Source: Candidatus Omnitrophota bacterium (GTDB lineage Bacteria; Omnitrophota; Gorgyraeia; Zapsychrales; Fredricksoniimonadaceae). From it: a stretch of DNA of 53,966 nt. Location of the stretch: assembly GCA_903959815.1 (NCBI GenBank), contig CAJBYM010000002.1, forward strand, positions 1 through 53,966, in the 5' to 3' direction. The position numbers were made by a program, and so were the translations under genes. The notes below the pieces were generated by a model, which was not told where the DNA came from, did no database searches, and saw only the letters and a list, made by a program, of their open reading frames with translations. Position 1 is the stretch's first letter. Each line of letters starts with the position of its first letter. Of this stretch, positions 28,616-38,730 are shown one piece after another.

Positions 28616-31600
28616 ATGAAGCAAAACCGTCTGGCAATTCTTGTTATATCTGCGTTGGCCTTCCTGGTTTGTGCTGAGGTTCAAGCGCAATCCACAGTGG
28701 ACGGACAGCCTTCGGTCCTTAAAGAGGACAAAGGGCAGTCGAATTATGTCTACGATCTAAAGCTCCTCATTAAAAAATCTAAAGATAATATTAAAGATGT
28801 TAATGAAAAGATCAAAGAACAGGCTGTTATCAAGCGCAATCAGCAGCGCGAGGATAAAGCCAGGGAATATTATGAACAGGCTTTGAAACTGCAGGAAGAA
28901 GGCCGCCTTGAAGAGGCCCGGCAAATTTTTGATAAAGCGATCCGCATCACCGAACATCCTGAAATGAAATATTATATTAAGGAAAGCGAACGGCGTTCCA
29001 AATTGCAGCAGGTGGCGTTGCAGCGTGAAGAGACCGATCAGGAGCGTCGGGCACAAGAGGATCAAAAGCTTGTGATGGAACGCGCGGAGAATTCTTACCA
29101 GACAGCCGTCAATCTCTATAAACAACAGAAATTTCGTGAAGCCAAAGATGAGTTCATCTTAGTGGAAGAGCTTTATCCTGATTATAAAGCGGTCCGTAGT
29201 TATCTGCAGATCATAGAACAGGACATCGTTCAATCCGAACATTTGGACATGAAAGAGCAAAAGAGCGAGATCGAACGTCAGCAGAAAGAAGAAGAGATCG
29301 CGCGTTTGCGTGAAAAAGAGTTGTGGCGTAAAGAGGTTGATAAGAAGGAACAAGAGCGTCAGCAGCAATTGCGCAAGCAGGCTCAGGGTGTTTATGAGGA
29401 AGCGCTGAAGCTTTTTGATGAACGTAAATATATGGCCGCCCGTGACAAGTTTCAGGAAGTGGAGTGGGTGGTGCCGGATTATAAAGCAACACGTACGTAT
29501 TTAAACCGCATTGAGGGTGGGATCGACGATCAGAAAAAGGAGATCACCCAGGAGCGTCAGCGAGAATTGGAGAAACAACGTTGGCAAGAGGCGTTGAGCG
29601 ATAAGAAATCGACGGAAGAACGCCGTAAAGCCATAGAGCAGCGAGAACAAGAGCACCTGATGCAGGTTAAGGATCAAGCGGAATTCGTTTATGTCGCGGC
29701 GGTGGCTTTGTTTGAGAAAGACCTCCTGGAACAATCAAAAGAAAAGTTTAATGAAGTAGAAGGCATTTATCCGAATTATAAGTCTAGCCGTGATTATCTG
29801 AAACGCATTGATCAGGTTGGCCGTGAAAAGATCGAGCGTGAAGCGTTGAAAAAGAAGACTGAGGATGAGCGTCGTATTTGGGAAGAAGAAATGGATCGCC
29901 GCAAGGAAGATAAGCAGAAGTTCAAGCTCCTGGCGAGTGAAGCGGATATTTTTTATAAAGATGCGATGGCCCTCTATCAAACAGGCCGTTTGATCGAAGC
30001 CAAAGAAAAATTCCTTGAGGTTGATCAACGCGTTCCTGATTATAAGTCGACCCGGAGTTACCTCAAGCGGATTGACGATGACATTGAGCTTTTAGTTAAG
30101 ACCCAGCGGGTTCAGGATTCTTTGGTAAGTCAGCGTGAAGAAATTGAGAAGATGCGTATGATGCGCGATAAGGCTGAAGAGGTTTATCGCCAGGCCGTTG
30201 AGGCCTACGAGGTCAGGAATTTTGATGTGGCAGCGGACAAGTTCCGTGAGACAGAGGGAATATATCCTGATTATAAGAAAACAAAGTTGTATCTTGGTCA
30301 AATTGAAGACAATATTCGTTCGCAACAGGAAATGGCGGCGCGTGCTGAGCGTGAAAAAGAGGCAGCCGTTCTTTATGGTGAAGCTGTTGCTTTTTATCAA
30401 GCCAGGCAGTTTGAGGATGCAAAAAAGAAATTCTTGGCGGTCCAGGATGTGCTTACGGGTTATAAAGAGACTTCAGATTTTCTTGGCCGGATCGATGATG
30501 ATATTTTAAAGAAAAAAGAAAATGATCTTTTACAAATAAAAGAAGAGCGCGTTAAGGGGTTGTACGCCCAGGCGCTGGCGTTTTACAAGAATGGCGATCT
30601 ATCTGAGGCCAAACAGAGATTCCTAGAGGTTGAGGTCATTTATCCTGGATATAAGGACGCACTGCGTCTTTTGGAAACGATCGATGCTGAGATCCAAAAG
30701 AAACAAAAAGAGGTTATGGGCCGTCAAGGGGCCGATGCCGCTGAAAAATTTTATAATGAAGCGTTGGGGCTTTATCAGTCAGGTGATTATGCGGGCGCGA
30801 AAGCCAAATTCATTAAAGCAGAGGTTGCTCAGCCTGACTACAAGGATTCTTTAAAATATCTGGCTCGTATTGATGTGGATATTGATCGCAAGAGCAAAGA
30901 AGAGGATTTTAAGCGCAGATCGCAGGAGGCCGAGCCGATCTATCTTCAGGCTGTGGCTCTTTATAAAGATGGAGATTTTATTGAAGCCAAGCGAAAGTTC
31001 ATTGCCCTGCAATCTGTTTTCTTAGGGTATAAAGATGCGACAGTTTATTTGGCGCGTCTTGATAAAGACATCCGTGATCAGGAGGAGCGTTTGATCAGGG
31101 AGGAGAACAAGGGCCGGGCAGAAGTGCTTTATAGTGATGCGCTTAAACTTTATGCCGATCGTCAATTTGTGGATGCCAAAGCGAGATTTGTAGAACTCGT
31201 TGGTTTGGATCCTGCTAATAAGAATGCGCTTATGTATTTGGCGCGTATTGATGAAGATATCCGTAAAGAATCCGCCAGGATCAAGCGTGAATCTTTAGAA
31301 GGGCGCGTGGCTGAGCCGTACGCTCAGGCTGTTACGTTTTATCATGATGGGGATTTTGAATTGGCAAAAACAAAGTTCCTGGAAGTTTCCCGATTGATAT
31401 CAGATTATAAGAAGACCAGGTTTTATCTTTCCCGTGTGGATGAAGATATTCGTACCAAGAAGATCGTGGAAGATAAAGAGCGGATGCTCAAGGCTGAAGG
31501 TTTATATAAACAAGCCATGGACCTGATGGCCAAAGAAAAGATGGTAGAATCGTTTGTAAAGCTTGCCGAGGTCGAAAACATTTATCCCGATTATAAAGCC

Positions 31601-34600
31601 GTTCGTTCGCATATGGAGAAATTGCGTAAGTTGGAAGTTAAGAATGGATTTAATCTTCCGGAACCACCCATATCAGTTCCTGTTATTTCAACAGATCAAG
31701 AACAGGTGGCGGCCCTTTATAAAGAAGCCGTGGAACTGTATAAGAATAAGAAATATGATGAGGCGCGTCTTAAGTTTGAAGCTGTTGCGGCGATCAGGCC
31801 CGGGTATCGTTCAACTCAAAAATACTTCGATAGTCTGCATGAGTTTAGGGATATCGCTGCTAAGAAGGCGGCGGCTGAAGACAAGAGTGCTAAAGTTAAA
31901 GCTGCGGCTCAACTTGAAGCCTTGGTCAAAGCTGAAGCCAGAGAGGGGCTTCAATCCGAGCTTTTAGCGCCTGCTAAAACGGCGGATAAGGCTGTTGTTT
32001 CCCCTGAAGATGCCCAGGCTATTGCTAAATTATCAGAGCGCTCCAGCGCGATCTATCAACAGATCAGGTCTTTATCTGAAGAGAAGGAACTCTCGGATAC
32101 ATCCCGTACATTCGCGAAGGTGGATCGTCTGATCGAAAATCTTGATGTAGAGCGTCGGCGTATCGCGGATCAGCTTGCGCGAGAAGCAAAAGCCAAAGAA
32201 GCAGAATCCGCGCGCATTAAACGTGTTGAAAAAGAAAAGATAGTCGCGCAGCAAGTTGAAGCTTTGCGTCAAAAGACTCAAGAAGGAGTTCAAGACGATC
32301 AAGCAAAGTTAGCCAAAGAGCATGAAGATCTGCGCAAGAAAGAGCGTGATGAGCTTGATCGTTTGAAGGATCAGGCGCGTGAAGCTCAGTTTAAGGCAGA
32401 GGCTGTTTATCAACAGGCTGTCATTTTCTATCGCCAGAAGAATTACCTCGCCGCGCAGGCGCGTTTGCTAGAGGTAGGGAAGATCGTTCCGGATTATAAG
32501 GATGTTGCAAAACTTCTGATGCGTGTTGAACGCGCTCAGGATGAAGTGAAGATCATGGCTGAAGAGCGACAGGACCGGGATGTGATCAAGGGTCTTGCTG
32601 AGAAATCTGCTGCGCTTAATGTTGAGATCCTGCAGCTTTCTCAAAATAAGGATTATCCGTCTATTGAACAGCGCTTCAATGATCTAGAGGCTATTCTTAA
32701 AGATATTCAAACGGTGAAAGGCCGTATTGCTGATCGTCGCAGTGAATTTGAATTGCGTTGGGAAAAACGAACATTCGCACAGAGGGCGGATGTGAAGCCT
32801 CCTGTTCTTTTTGAAGAAAAGGCAGCTCCCAGACTTGACAAGAAGATTGAAGCGGTTGTTTCACCTGAGGAAGCTCAGGCGATCGCCAAGCTCTCTTCCC
32901 GTTCGAGTACGATCTATCAGCAGATCAAATCTTTGTCTGAAGACAAACAATTGTCTGATGCTTCCCGTACATTTGCTAAGGTTGATCGTTTGATGGGCAA
33001 TCTTGAAGCAGAGCATCGTCGTATTGCCGAACAGATCGCGCGCGAGAAGAAGCTTGGAGAAGCGGAAGCTTTGCGTATTAAACGCGTCGAGAAACAACAG
33101 GTCGCGGCGCAGCAGATCGAGACTGTTCGTCAAAAAGCTGAAAATAAGGCTGAAGAAGACATTCAAGCTCATCAGGCGCAGTTGGTCAAGGAGCGTGAAG
33201 AACTTCGAAAGAAAGAGCGCCGTGATCTTGAACAATTGAAAGATCAGGCACGCGAAAGCCAGCTTAAGGCTGAGGTTCTTTATCAGCAGGCCTTAGGGCT
33301 TTATCGTCAGAAAGATTATGATGCTGCGCAGGCGCGTTTGCTCGAAGCACAGAAGATAGTGCCGGACTACAAGGATACGGGAAGACTTCTTGTTCGTGTT
33401 GAACGAGGCCAGGATGAAGTTAAAATTATGGCAGCGGAGCAACAGGATCGGGATACCATTAAAGGTCTTGCCGAGAAAGCAGCTTCTCTTAATATTGAGA
33501 TTTTGGCGCTTTCGCAGAAAAAAGATTATGTCCTTGTTGAACAACGTTTTAATGACCTGGAGTCGATCCTTAAGGAGATCCAGACCGTTAAGGGGGCTAT
33601 GGTCGACCGTCGCAGCCAGTTTGAGACACGCTGGGAAGCTAGGGCATCAGAGCGCAAGGAAGATGTGAAGAAGCGGACTCCTCCCAAAGCTGTTAAAGAG
33701 GGTGAGGATTTTATTTCGCCGCGTCAGAAGGCCCGGATGCTCTTTAAAGAAGGTGAGCAATTTTATGCGGCAGAGAATTTTGCAGAAGCACGCGTGAAGT
33801 TTATGGAAGCGGTCCGGCAGGATGCTTCTTTTAAAGCGCCGATGAGTTATGTAACGCGCATTGATCGCATTTTGTCACAAAGGGATTTTGAAGTTCATCA
33901 GCAACAGGAGAAGGCCAAAGTCCGTCAATTGGAAGAGGCAGATCAGGCCGCGGAAGGCGCGTCTGGAGCTGTTGTAAAACCGGCTGAGACCATCATTGAT
34001 CCTGAGCGTGCGGCACAGGTTCTTGCAGAGGGCGTTCGTCTTTATGAAGCAGGACGTTATCGCGAGGCACGGATCAAGTTTGAAGAACTGCTTCATGTTG
34101 GTACTTCTGTTGACCAACAGAGAGCATCTCGTTATTTGACGCTCATTGAACAAGCTTTGGAAAAAGAAAAGAAAGTCACGCAAGCTGAACAGCGTGCGCA
34201 GGAAGATCGCTATCTTGAAGAGCGCCGTGCTCAGGTGAGATTGGCCTGGGAACGTGACAAGAAGCAGCAAGAGCGTGAACGGCGCAAGACACGCGAACTT
34301 GTAGCTGTTCAGCGTGAGCTGGATATCCGTCGGCAGCAGGAACTAAGGGCGATCGAAGAGCAGAATTTAAGACAGCGCCGTGAAATGTTAGAAAGAAAGA
34401 GCGTAGAGTTGGCCAAGGCTTTGCATGATGATGAACAAGAGCGCACAAAGTTTTCTGTTGAGGCGATTGAGGAAAGATCACCTTTGGATGTTAAAAGGGC
34501 AGAGGTGCAGGCTAGGACAGAGGTAACGGAATCGATACGGACGGAAGTTCAAGGCACTGCGGTTGCGGTTGATGCCCTTGAACAGGCTTCTCAAGAAAAA

Positions 34601-35233
34601 GTTGAGACAGACGCCAAGATGCAGAAGCAACGTCGTAGATTGGAACAATTGGAGTCTAAAGAAGAACGGGATCGTCGTCTTGTCCAGGAAAAAGAACGTC
34701 GTAAGATCGATCAATCTGAACTTGGAAATCGCGATGCTTCACAGAAGCGCCTGAAGGATAAACAAAATGTGCAAAAAGCTGCCGTGTTGTCGCAGCAACA
34801 GGAAGAGGATCTCAAGAAAAGCACTGTCGAGCGTCAGCAGCAAGAGCTTATCCGTCGCAATCAACAGGAAGTTCAAGCTATTTTAAAAGAAACTCCTGTT
34901 GCTCCGGCCGTTTCTGTACCGGCGGCGTCATCTGCTGTTGTTATTCCTTCGACGCCGAAGGGTGTGGCTGATGAGGACCCCGCTGCTCTTCTTCTTAAGC
35001 AGGCGGCGGAGCAGGAGAAGCAATATTTGCAAGAACAGCGTGCGTTGATACGTAAGGATTTTGAAGATGGCGTCGAGCGTCTTTATAATGAAGCGATAGG
35101 GCTTTTTAAGAAGAAGATGTATGTTCAAGCCCGTCAGGATTTTGAGCAGGTTGATAAACTTATTAAGGGTTATAAAAAGACGGCACAGTATTTGAAAGAT
35201 ACAGAACGTTATTCATTACGTTCTGGACGTTAG
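28616..35233 (+). CDS. Giant secreted TPR-like/coiled-coil repeat protein (2205 aa)
   Basis: Signal peptide (..EVQA|Q); ~19 units 'A..lY..A..lY....f..A...F..v....pdYK....YL.rI' joined by E/K/R/Q-rich linkers. Confidence 0.85.
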   Translation: MKQNRLAILVISALAFLVCAEVQAQSTVDGQPSVLKEDKGQSNYVYDLKLLIKKSKDNIKDVNEKIKEQAVIKRNQQREDKAREYYEQALKLQEEGRLEEARQIFDKAIRITEHPEMKYYIKESERRSKLQQVALQREETDQERRAQEDQKLVMERAENSYQTAVNLYKQQKFREAKDEFILVEELYPDYKAVRSYLQIIEQDIVQSEHLDMKEQKSEIERQQKEEEIARLREKELWRKEVDKKEQERQQQLRKQAQGVYEEALKLFDERKYMAARDKFQEVEWVVPDYKATRTYLNRIEGGIDDQKKEITQERQRELEKQRWQEALSDKKSTEERRKAIEQREQEHLMQVKDQAEFVYVAAVALFEKDLLEQSKEKFNEVEGIYPNYKSSRDYLKRIDQVGREKIEREALKKKTEDERRIWEEEMDRRKEDKQKFKLLASEADIFYKDAMALYQTGRLIEAKEKFLEVDQRVPDYKSTRSYLKRIDDDIELLVKTQRVQDSLVSQREEIEKMRMMRDKAEEVYRQAVEAYEVRNFDVAADKFRETEGIYPDYKKTKLYLGQIEDNIRSQQEMAARAEREKEAAVLYGEAVAFYQARQFEDAKKKFLAVQDVLTGYKETSDFLGRIDDDILKKKENDLLQIKEERVKGLYAQALAFYKNGDLSEAKQRFLEVEVIYPGYKDALRLLETIDAEIQKKQKEVMGRQGADAAEKFYNEALGLYQSGDYAGAKAKFIKAEVAQPDYKDSLKYLARIDVDIDRKSKEEDFKRRSQEAEPIYLQAVALYKDGDFIEAKRKFIALQSVFLGYKDATVYLARLDKDIRDQEERLIREENKGRAEVLYSDALKLYADRQFVDAKARFVELVGLDPANKNALMYLARIDEDIRKESARIKRESLEGRVAEPYAQAVTFYHDGDFELAKTKFLEVSRLISDYKKTRFYLSRVDEDIRTKKIVEDKERMLKAEGLYKQAMDLMAKEKMVESFVKLAEVENIYPDYKAVRSHMEKLRKLEVKNGFNLPEPPISVPVISTDQEQVAALYKEAVELYKNKKYDEARLKFEAVAAIRPGYRSTQKYFDSLHEFRDIAAKKAAAEDKSAKVKAAAQLEALVKAEAREGLQSELLAPAKTADKAVVSPEDAQAIAKLSERSSAIYQQIRSLSEEKELSDTSRTFAKVDRLIENLDVERRRIADQLAREAKAKEAESARIKRVEKEKIVAQQVEALRQKTQEGVQDDQAKLAKEHEDLRKKERDELDRLKDQAREAQFKAEAVYQQAVIFYRQKNYLAAQARLLEVGKIVPDYKDVAKLLMRVERAQDEVKIMAEERQDRDVIKGLAEKSAALNVEILQLSQNKDYPSIEQRFNDLEAILKDIQTVKGRIADRRSEFELRWEKRTFAQRADVKPPVLFEEKAAPRLDKKIEAVVSPEEAQAIAKLSSRSSTIYQQIKSLSEDKQLSDASRTFAKVDRLMGNLEAEHRRIAEQIAREKKLGEAEALRIKRVEKQQVAAQQIETVRQKAENKAEEDIQAHQAQLVKEREELRKKERRDLEQLKDQARESQLKAEVLYQQALGLYRQKDYDAAQARLLEAQKIVPDYKDTGRLLVRVERGQDEVKIMAAEQQDRDTIKGLAEKAASLNIEILALSQKKDYVLVEQRFNDLESILKEIQTVKGAMVDRRSQFETRWEARASERKEDVKKRTPPKAVKEGEDFISPRQKARMLFKEGEQFYAAENFAEARVKFMEAVRQDASFKAPMSYVTRIDRILSQRDFEVHQQQEKAKVRQLEEADQAAEGASGAVVKPAETIIDPERAAQVLAEGVRLYEAGRYREARIKFEELLHVGTSVDQQRASRYLTLIEQALEKEKKVTQAEQRAQEDRYLEERRAQVRLAWERDKKQQERERRKTRELVAVQRELDIRRQQELRAIEEQNLRQRREMLERKSVELAKALHDDEQERTKFSVEAIEERSPLDVKRAEVQARTEVTESIRTEVQGTAVAVDALEQASQEKVETDAKMQKQRRRLEQLESKEERDRRLVQEKERRKIDQSELGNRDASQKRLKDKQNVQKAAVLSQQQEEDLKKSTVERQQQELIRRNQQEVQAILKETPVAPAVSVPAASSAVVIPSTPKGVADEDPAALLLKQAAEQEKQYLQEQRALIRKDFEDGVERLYNEAIGLFKKKMYVQARQDFEQVDKLIKGYKKTAQYLKDTERYSLRSGR
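31991..33637 (+). repeat. Intragenic direct duplication (~260 aa): 31991-32764 and 32852-33637
   Basis: Both copies run 'AVVSPE.AQAIAKLS.RSS.IYQQI.SLSE.K.LSD.SRTFAKVDRL' through 'RRS.FE.RWE'. Confidence 0.9.
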
Positions 35234-35290
35234 AAAACCTCCGCGTTGACCTGCCTAAAAGAATTCAGAAAAACTAACAGGGAGTTGAAG

Positions 35291-37048
35291 ATGAAGGTTC
35301 TCAAGATTGTTCTTATTGTGGCGGCCGTCTTAGTTGTTCTCGTTATGGCGGGGCTGTTCGTTTTTCTTAAGACATTTGATGCGAATAAATTCTTGCCGCA
35401 GATCACTCAGCAGGCGACACAGGCCCTTGGCCGGGATGTTCGTGTCGGCCGGGCAGAGCTGGGATTTTCTTGGGTTAACGGCATTGGTCTTCAGGTCAAG
35501 GATATTGTGATTGCGGATGACCCTAAGTTCGCGGACAACCCTTTCTTGACCGTGGAAAGGGTTGAAATCGGTGTGAATGTAGGGGCATTGATCTTCGAGC
35601 ATAAGATCCAGCTTGTTCAGGTTGTCGTTGTTTCTCCTCATGTGGTCATTATCCGTTCAAAAGAAGGCCTTGTGAATGCAGCAACTTTGGGTGTCAGGCC
35701 CGTTGTGTCTGCGACGGATCCTGCTACTCAAACACCAGGAGGTTCTGCCGGAAGTCTTCCGGCATTTCTTGTTAATGATATTAAGATCACCTCTGCCCGT
35801 GTGACGTATGTGGATGAGATGTTCACGCCACGTTTGGCGCTTGAATTGGCGCATATGGATATTAATGTTCGGGATCTTACGTTGACGGGTCCATTTGGAG
35901 TTACGATCAAAGCAGCGTTGTTTTCAGATGAGCAGAATGTGCGCGTGGATGCGAAAATGGCTGTGGATATTCTTAAACAGTCGCTTTTGATCCAGGGAAT
36001 GAACATTGAAGCGGATCTTATCAAATTTAATCTTTCGCGTTTGGAGAGCGAGCTTTCTATGCTGAAACCGCTGTCCCTTAAGAAACTGGGAGGAGTGTTA
36101 AAAGTATCTGTTTCTGATGCTCAGATCAGCGCACAAGGATTGTTGCGTTTGAAGGGACAGTCTGTTCTTGAAAAAGGGTTTGTTTTGTCCGCGCTTTTAC
36201 CCGTGCCTTTTGAAAGCATTCAAATGCAGGCGGATCTTGATGAGAAAAAGATCAATGTCAAAAGTTTTTCGTTGGTGGTGGCCGGAGGAGCTGTGAATGG
36301 AGGGGTGCTTTTGACGGATTATCTCTCTGATTTGAAAGCGAGTGCGACATTCGATGCGCAAAGGATCAATGCGCAGAAGCTTGTAGAAGGGTATAAAGCG
36401 CCTGTTAACATGAGCGGTCTTATTTCTGCGGCAGGAGAGCTTAATTTTTCGGGCAAGTCTCCGGAAGACGTCTTGTCTTCCTTGAGTGGACAGGTCAAGG
36501 GGGAACTCAAAGACGGAGTCCTTGAAAGCATGAATCTTCTTGCTTTTGGATTAGAGAATATTCCCATGTTGCCCGGACTTTTGGATAGCGTGATGGCAGA
36601 TTTCTCTTCGGAAACACAAGATGAGATCAAGAAGGGTATAACGCGTTTTGAAATGTGCAAGGCCGATGCGCACATCACCCGTGGTTTGATGCAATTGGAT
36701 GCGGCCGATATTATGACCCGTGATTTTAGTGTTCATGCGACAGGTACCGTTAGGCTTATCGAAGATCTTTCGATCAAAGCTGAGATCCGTATGGAAAAAG
36801 AGCTTTCTCGACGTTTAAATGAGAGGGTCAAAGAGCTTTCCTATCTTCAAGATGATCAAGGTAAGATCTATTTACCTATGAAATTAACAGGGCGTGTGGT
36901 GAAGCCGGTTTTAATGCCGGACATTGAATATTTGACCAAAAAACTGGTCATAGCGGCTGGCGGAGATCAGTTGCAAAAAGCATTGGGGGGAAGCCCTGCT
37001 GCCGCAGAAGCTGTGAGTGCAATCTTTGATCTTTTTAAGAAAAAATAG
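35291..37048 (+). CDS. AsmA family protein
   Basis: N-terminal anchor, 'FDANKF...I.Q..TQALGRDV', beta-repeat body, AsmA-C 'LSSLSGQV...LKDG', 'P.KLTG...KP...PD'; start ATG 35291 after GGAG. Confidence 0.85.
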   Translation: MKVLKIVLIVAAVLVVLVMAGLFVFLKTFDANKFLPQITQQATQALGRDVRVGRAELGFSWVNGIGLQVKDIVIADDPKFADNPFLTVERVEIGVNVGALIFEHKIQLVQVVVVSPHVVIIRSKEGLVNAATLGVRPVVSATDPATQTPGGSAGSLPAFLVNDIKITSARVTYVDEMFTPRLALELAHMDINVRDLTLTGPFGVTIKAALFSDEQNVRVDAKMAVDILKQSLLIQGMNIEADLIKFNLSRLESELSMLKPLSLKKLGGVLKVSVSDAQISAQGLLRLKGQSVLEKGFVLSALLPVPFESIQMQADLDEKKINVKSFSLVVAGGAVNGGVLLTDYLSDLKASATFDAQRINAQKLVEGYKAPVNMSGLISAAGELNFSGKSPEDVLSSLSGQVKGELKDGVLESMNLLAFGLENIPMLPGLLDSVMADFSSETQDEIKKGITRFEMCKADAHITRGLMQLDAADIMTRDFSVHATGTVRLIEDLSIKAEIRMEKELSRRLNERVKELSYLQDDQGKIYLPMKLTGRVVKPVLMPDIEYLTKKLVIAAGGDQLQKALGGSPAAAEAVSAIFDLFKKK

Positions 37049-37075
37049 CTTCCAGGCTTTAGGGATGAATTTTCC

Positions 37076-37104
37076 TTGTCTTTTACCGTCGTAATGGGTA
37101 TAAT
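37076..37104 (+). promoter_or_regulatory. Sigma70-type promoter
   Basis: TTGTCT (37076-37081), 17 bp spacer, TATAAT (37099-37104). Confidence 0.6.
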
Positions 37105-37162
37105 TGCGAAATTAACAATATTTTTATAGCGACTTTAAATGCAGAAGGAACGAGAGGATTGT

Positions 37163-37876
37163 ATGTTAGATCAGAAGAAAAGTAATAAAATCCGCATGAT
37201 TGTTGCGATCGCGCTGGGAATACTCACTCTTTATACGTTAGTCATTTGGTATTTTAATTATCGCACATTGCAAGAGGTCGTGACAGCGGCTGAAAGTGCG
37301 GCTCAAGAGCAGGCCAAGAATTTTCGTCATTATGTCCAGGAATATCGGATCACGAAAATCGCCTTGGATGAGGCTAATCAAAAGGTCATGGAGCTGACAC
37401 TGGAGCTTCAATCTGCCAATGCTGAACTTTCTACGACGCGTGGAGAGCTTTCTTCTGTCCAGGGCCTTAATGATCAGCTTAAAGAGAACATCAGGGTTTT
37501 GGAAACATATAAAACCAAGGCTTTGGCCAAGGGTGAGGCGCTTGAGACGATGATCAATGCGTTTAAGAAAAAGAATAAACAGCTGGATGCAGATCTTCAG
37601 ATGGTGCGTAAAGAGCTATCTTCATTCCAACCGGAAATTTCAGATACTAAACAAGGCAAAGAGAAGATCCGTCGTTTTAAGAATCAGATGGTTCTTGTTA
37701 AAAGGAATATGGTTATTCTTAAAGAACAGGCTCAGATCATGAAGATCGCCGCGCAGCAGCAGCGTGATCGTCTCGAGATGCTTTACGGGAATAATGGTTA
37801 TATGATGAAGGATGGCAGGAACCAGTCTTTGAAGCGCCAGACTGCTCAAGTTGATATTAAGGTTGAATTTAAATGA
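37163..37876 (+). CDS. Membrane-anchored coiled-coil hypothetical protein
   Basis: One N-terminal TM, ~170 aa heptad-rich region, C-terminal 'GNNGYMMKDG'; start 37163 after GAGG (alternative 37139). Confidence 0.75.
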   Translation: MLDQKKSNKIRMIVAIALGILTLYTLVIWYFNYRTLQEVVTAAESAAQEQAKNFRHYVQEYRITKIALDEANQKVMELTLELQSANAELSTTRGELSSVQGLNDQLKENIRVLETYKTKALAKGEALETMINAFKKKNKQLDADLQMVRKELSSFQPEISDTKQGKEKIRRFKNQMVLVKRNMVILKEQAQIMKIAAQQQRDRLEMLYGNNGYMMKDGRNQSLKRQTAQVDIKVEFK

Positions 37877-37898
37877 TATTAACCGCTTCAAGCGGACT

Positions 37899-37932
37899 AA
37901 CCGAAGCTGGTGAGAACCGGCTTCGGTTTTTT
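37899..37932 (+). terminator. Rho-independent terminator
   Basis: AACCGAAGCTGGT-GAGA-ACCGGCTTCGGTT followed by a T run. Confidence 0.75.
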
Positions 37933-37958
37933 ATTTGGCCAGGATCCTGGCCAAATAA
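37931..37958. repeat. Perfect 28-bp palindrome
   Basis: TTATTTGGCCAGGATCCTGGCCAAATAA is its own reverse complement. Confidence 0.9.
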
Positions 37959-38034
37959 CCTCCGAGGCCCCCTGGGCCCAGGGCATGGGCCCGGGGCCGA
38001 GCGGGGTGATGAGGCCGTCCGGGGGCAAAGGAGT

Positions 38035-38718
38035 GTGAAGCTCGGGGCCGAAGGGTACACCATCATTCGTTCATCTAGGCGTCGCACGATGCAATTGAGG
38101 GTTGGTGTGCGCGGAGTTGAGGTTCACGCACCTTCATGGGTTGCAGAGAGTGAGATCGGGGAATTCGTTCTTCAGAAGAAAGACTGGATCGAACGTGCGA
38201 TCAAAGAGGCGGGGCATGATCTGACCCATGGCCGGCAGGTGTTTTCTACGGGAGGTACACTGTATGTTTTGGGAGCTCCTTATCAATTAGAAATTGTTCC
38301 TGGGGATAAAGGTCAGCCATGGCTTGAAGAAATGGTTAAAGGTTGGCGGATTAAGGGAGATGCGGCAGAAGTTCGCCGTTTGCTTGTTAAATGGTATCAG
38401 CTGAGTGCACGCGGGACTTTAAGCGCCATGGTCAGGGACTGGGCCGGGCGGATGTCGATGTCTGTTCCCAGGGTCATGGTCAAGGATCAGCAACGGTTGT
38501 GGGGTAGTTACAGCGCACGTACTCAGACGGTGAATCTCAACTGGCGGATGATGGCATTTCCGCCGGAGGTCATCGATTATATTGTGGTTCATGAACTTTG
38601 CCATGCCAGGCATTTGAATCATGCCAGGGCGTTCTGGAATGAAGTGGAGCAATATTGTTCTGCCTGGCGCATGCACCGGCTATGGCTTCGTGCCAGCGCA
38701 CGAAAATATTTATTTTAA
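38035..38718 (+). CDS. YgjP/DUF45 (M48-like) zinc metallohydrolase
   Basis: 'RSSRRRTMQLRV', 'WGS', 'LNWR', 'DYIVVHELCH..H.NH...FW'; true start probably near GTG 38035 rather than 37873. Confidence 0.85.
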   Translation: MKLGAEGYTIIRSSRRRTMQLRVGVRGVEVHAPSWVAESEIGEFVLQKKDWIERAIKEAGHDLTHGRQVFSTGGTLYVLGAPYQLEIVPGDKGQPWLEEMVKGWRIKGDAAEVRRLLVKWYQLSARGTLSAMVRDWAGRMSMSVPRVMVKDQQRLWGSYSARTQTVNLNWRMMAFPPEVIDYIVVHELCHARHLNHARAFWNEVEQYCSAWRMHRLWLRASARKYLF

Positions 38719-38730
38719 GGCAAGGTCCAT

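Noticed and set aside
28616-35233. CRISPR array or DGR-type repeats suggested by recurring GATTATAA
   Set aside because: These are in-frame protein repeats (PDYK); no identical spaced repeats, no cas or reverse transcriptase gene
37873-38034. N-terminal extension of the YgjP-like ORF
   Set aside because: Runs through a terminator and palindromes; G/P-rich and outside the recognizable domain
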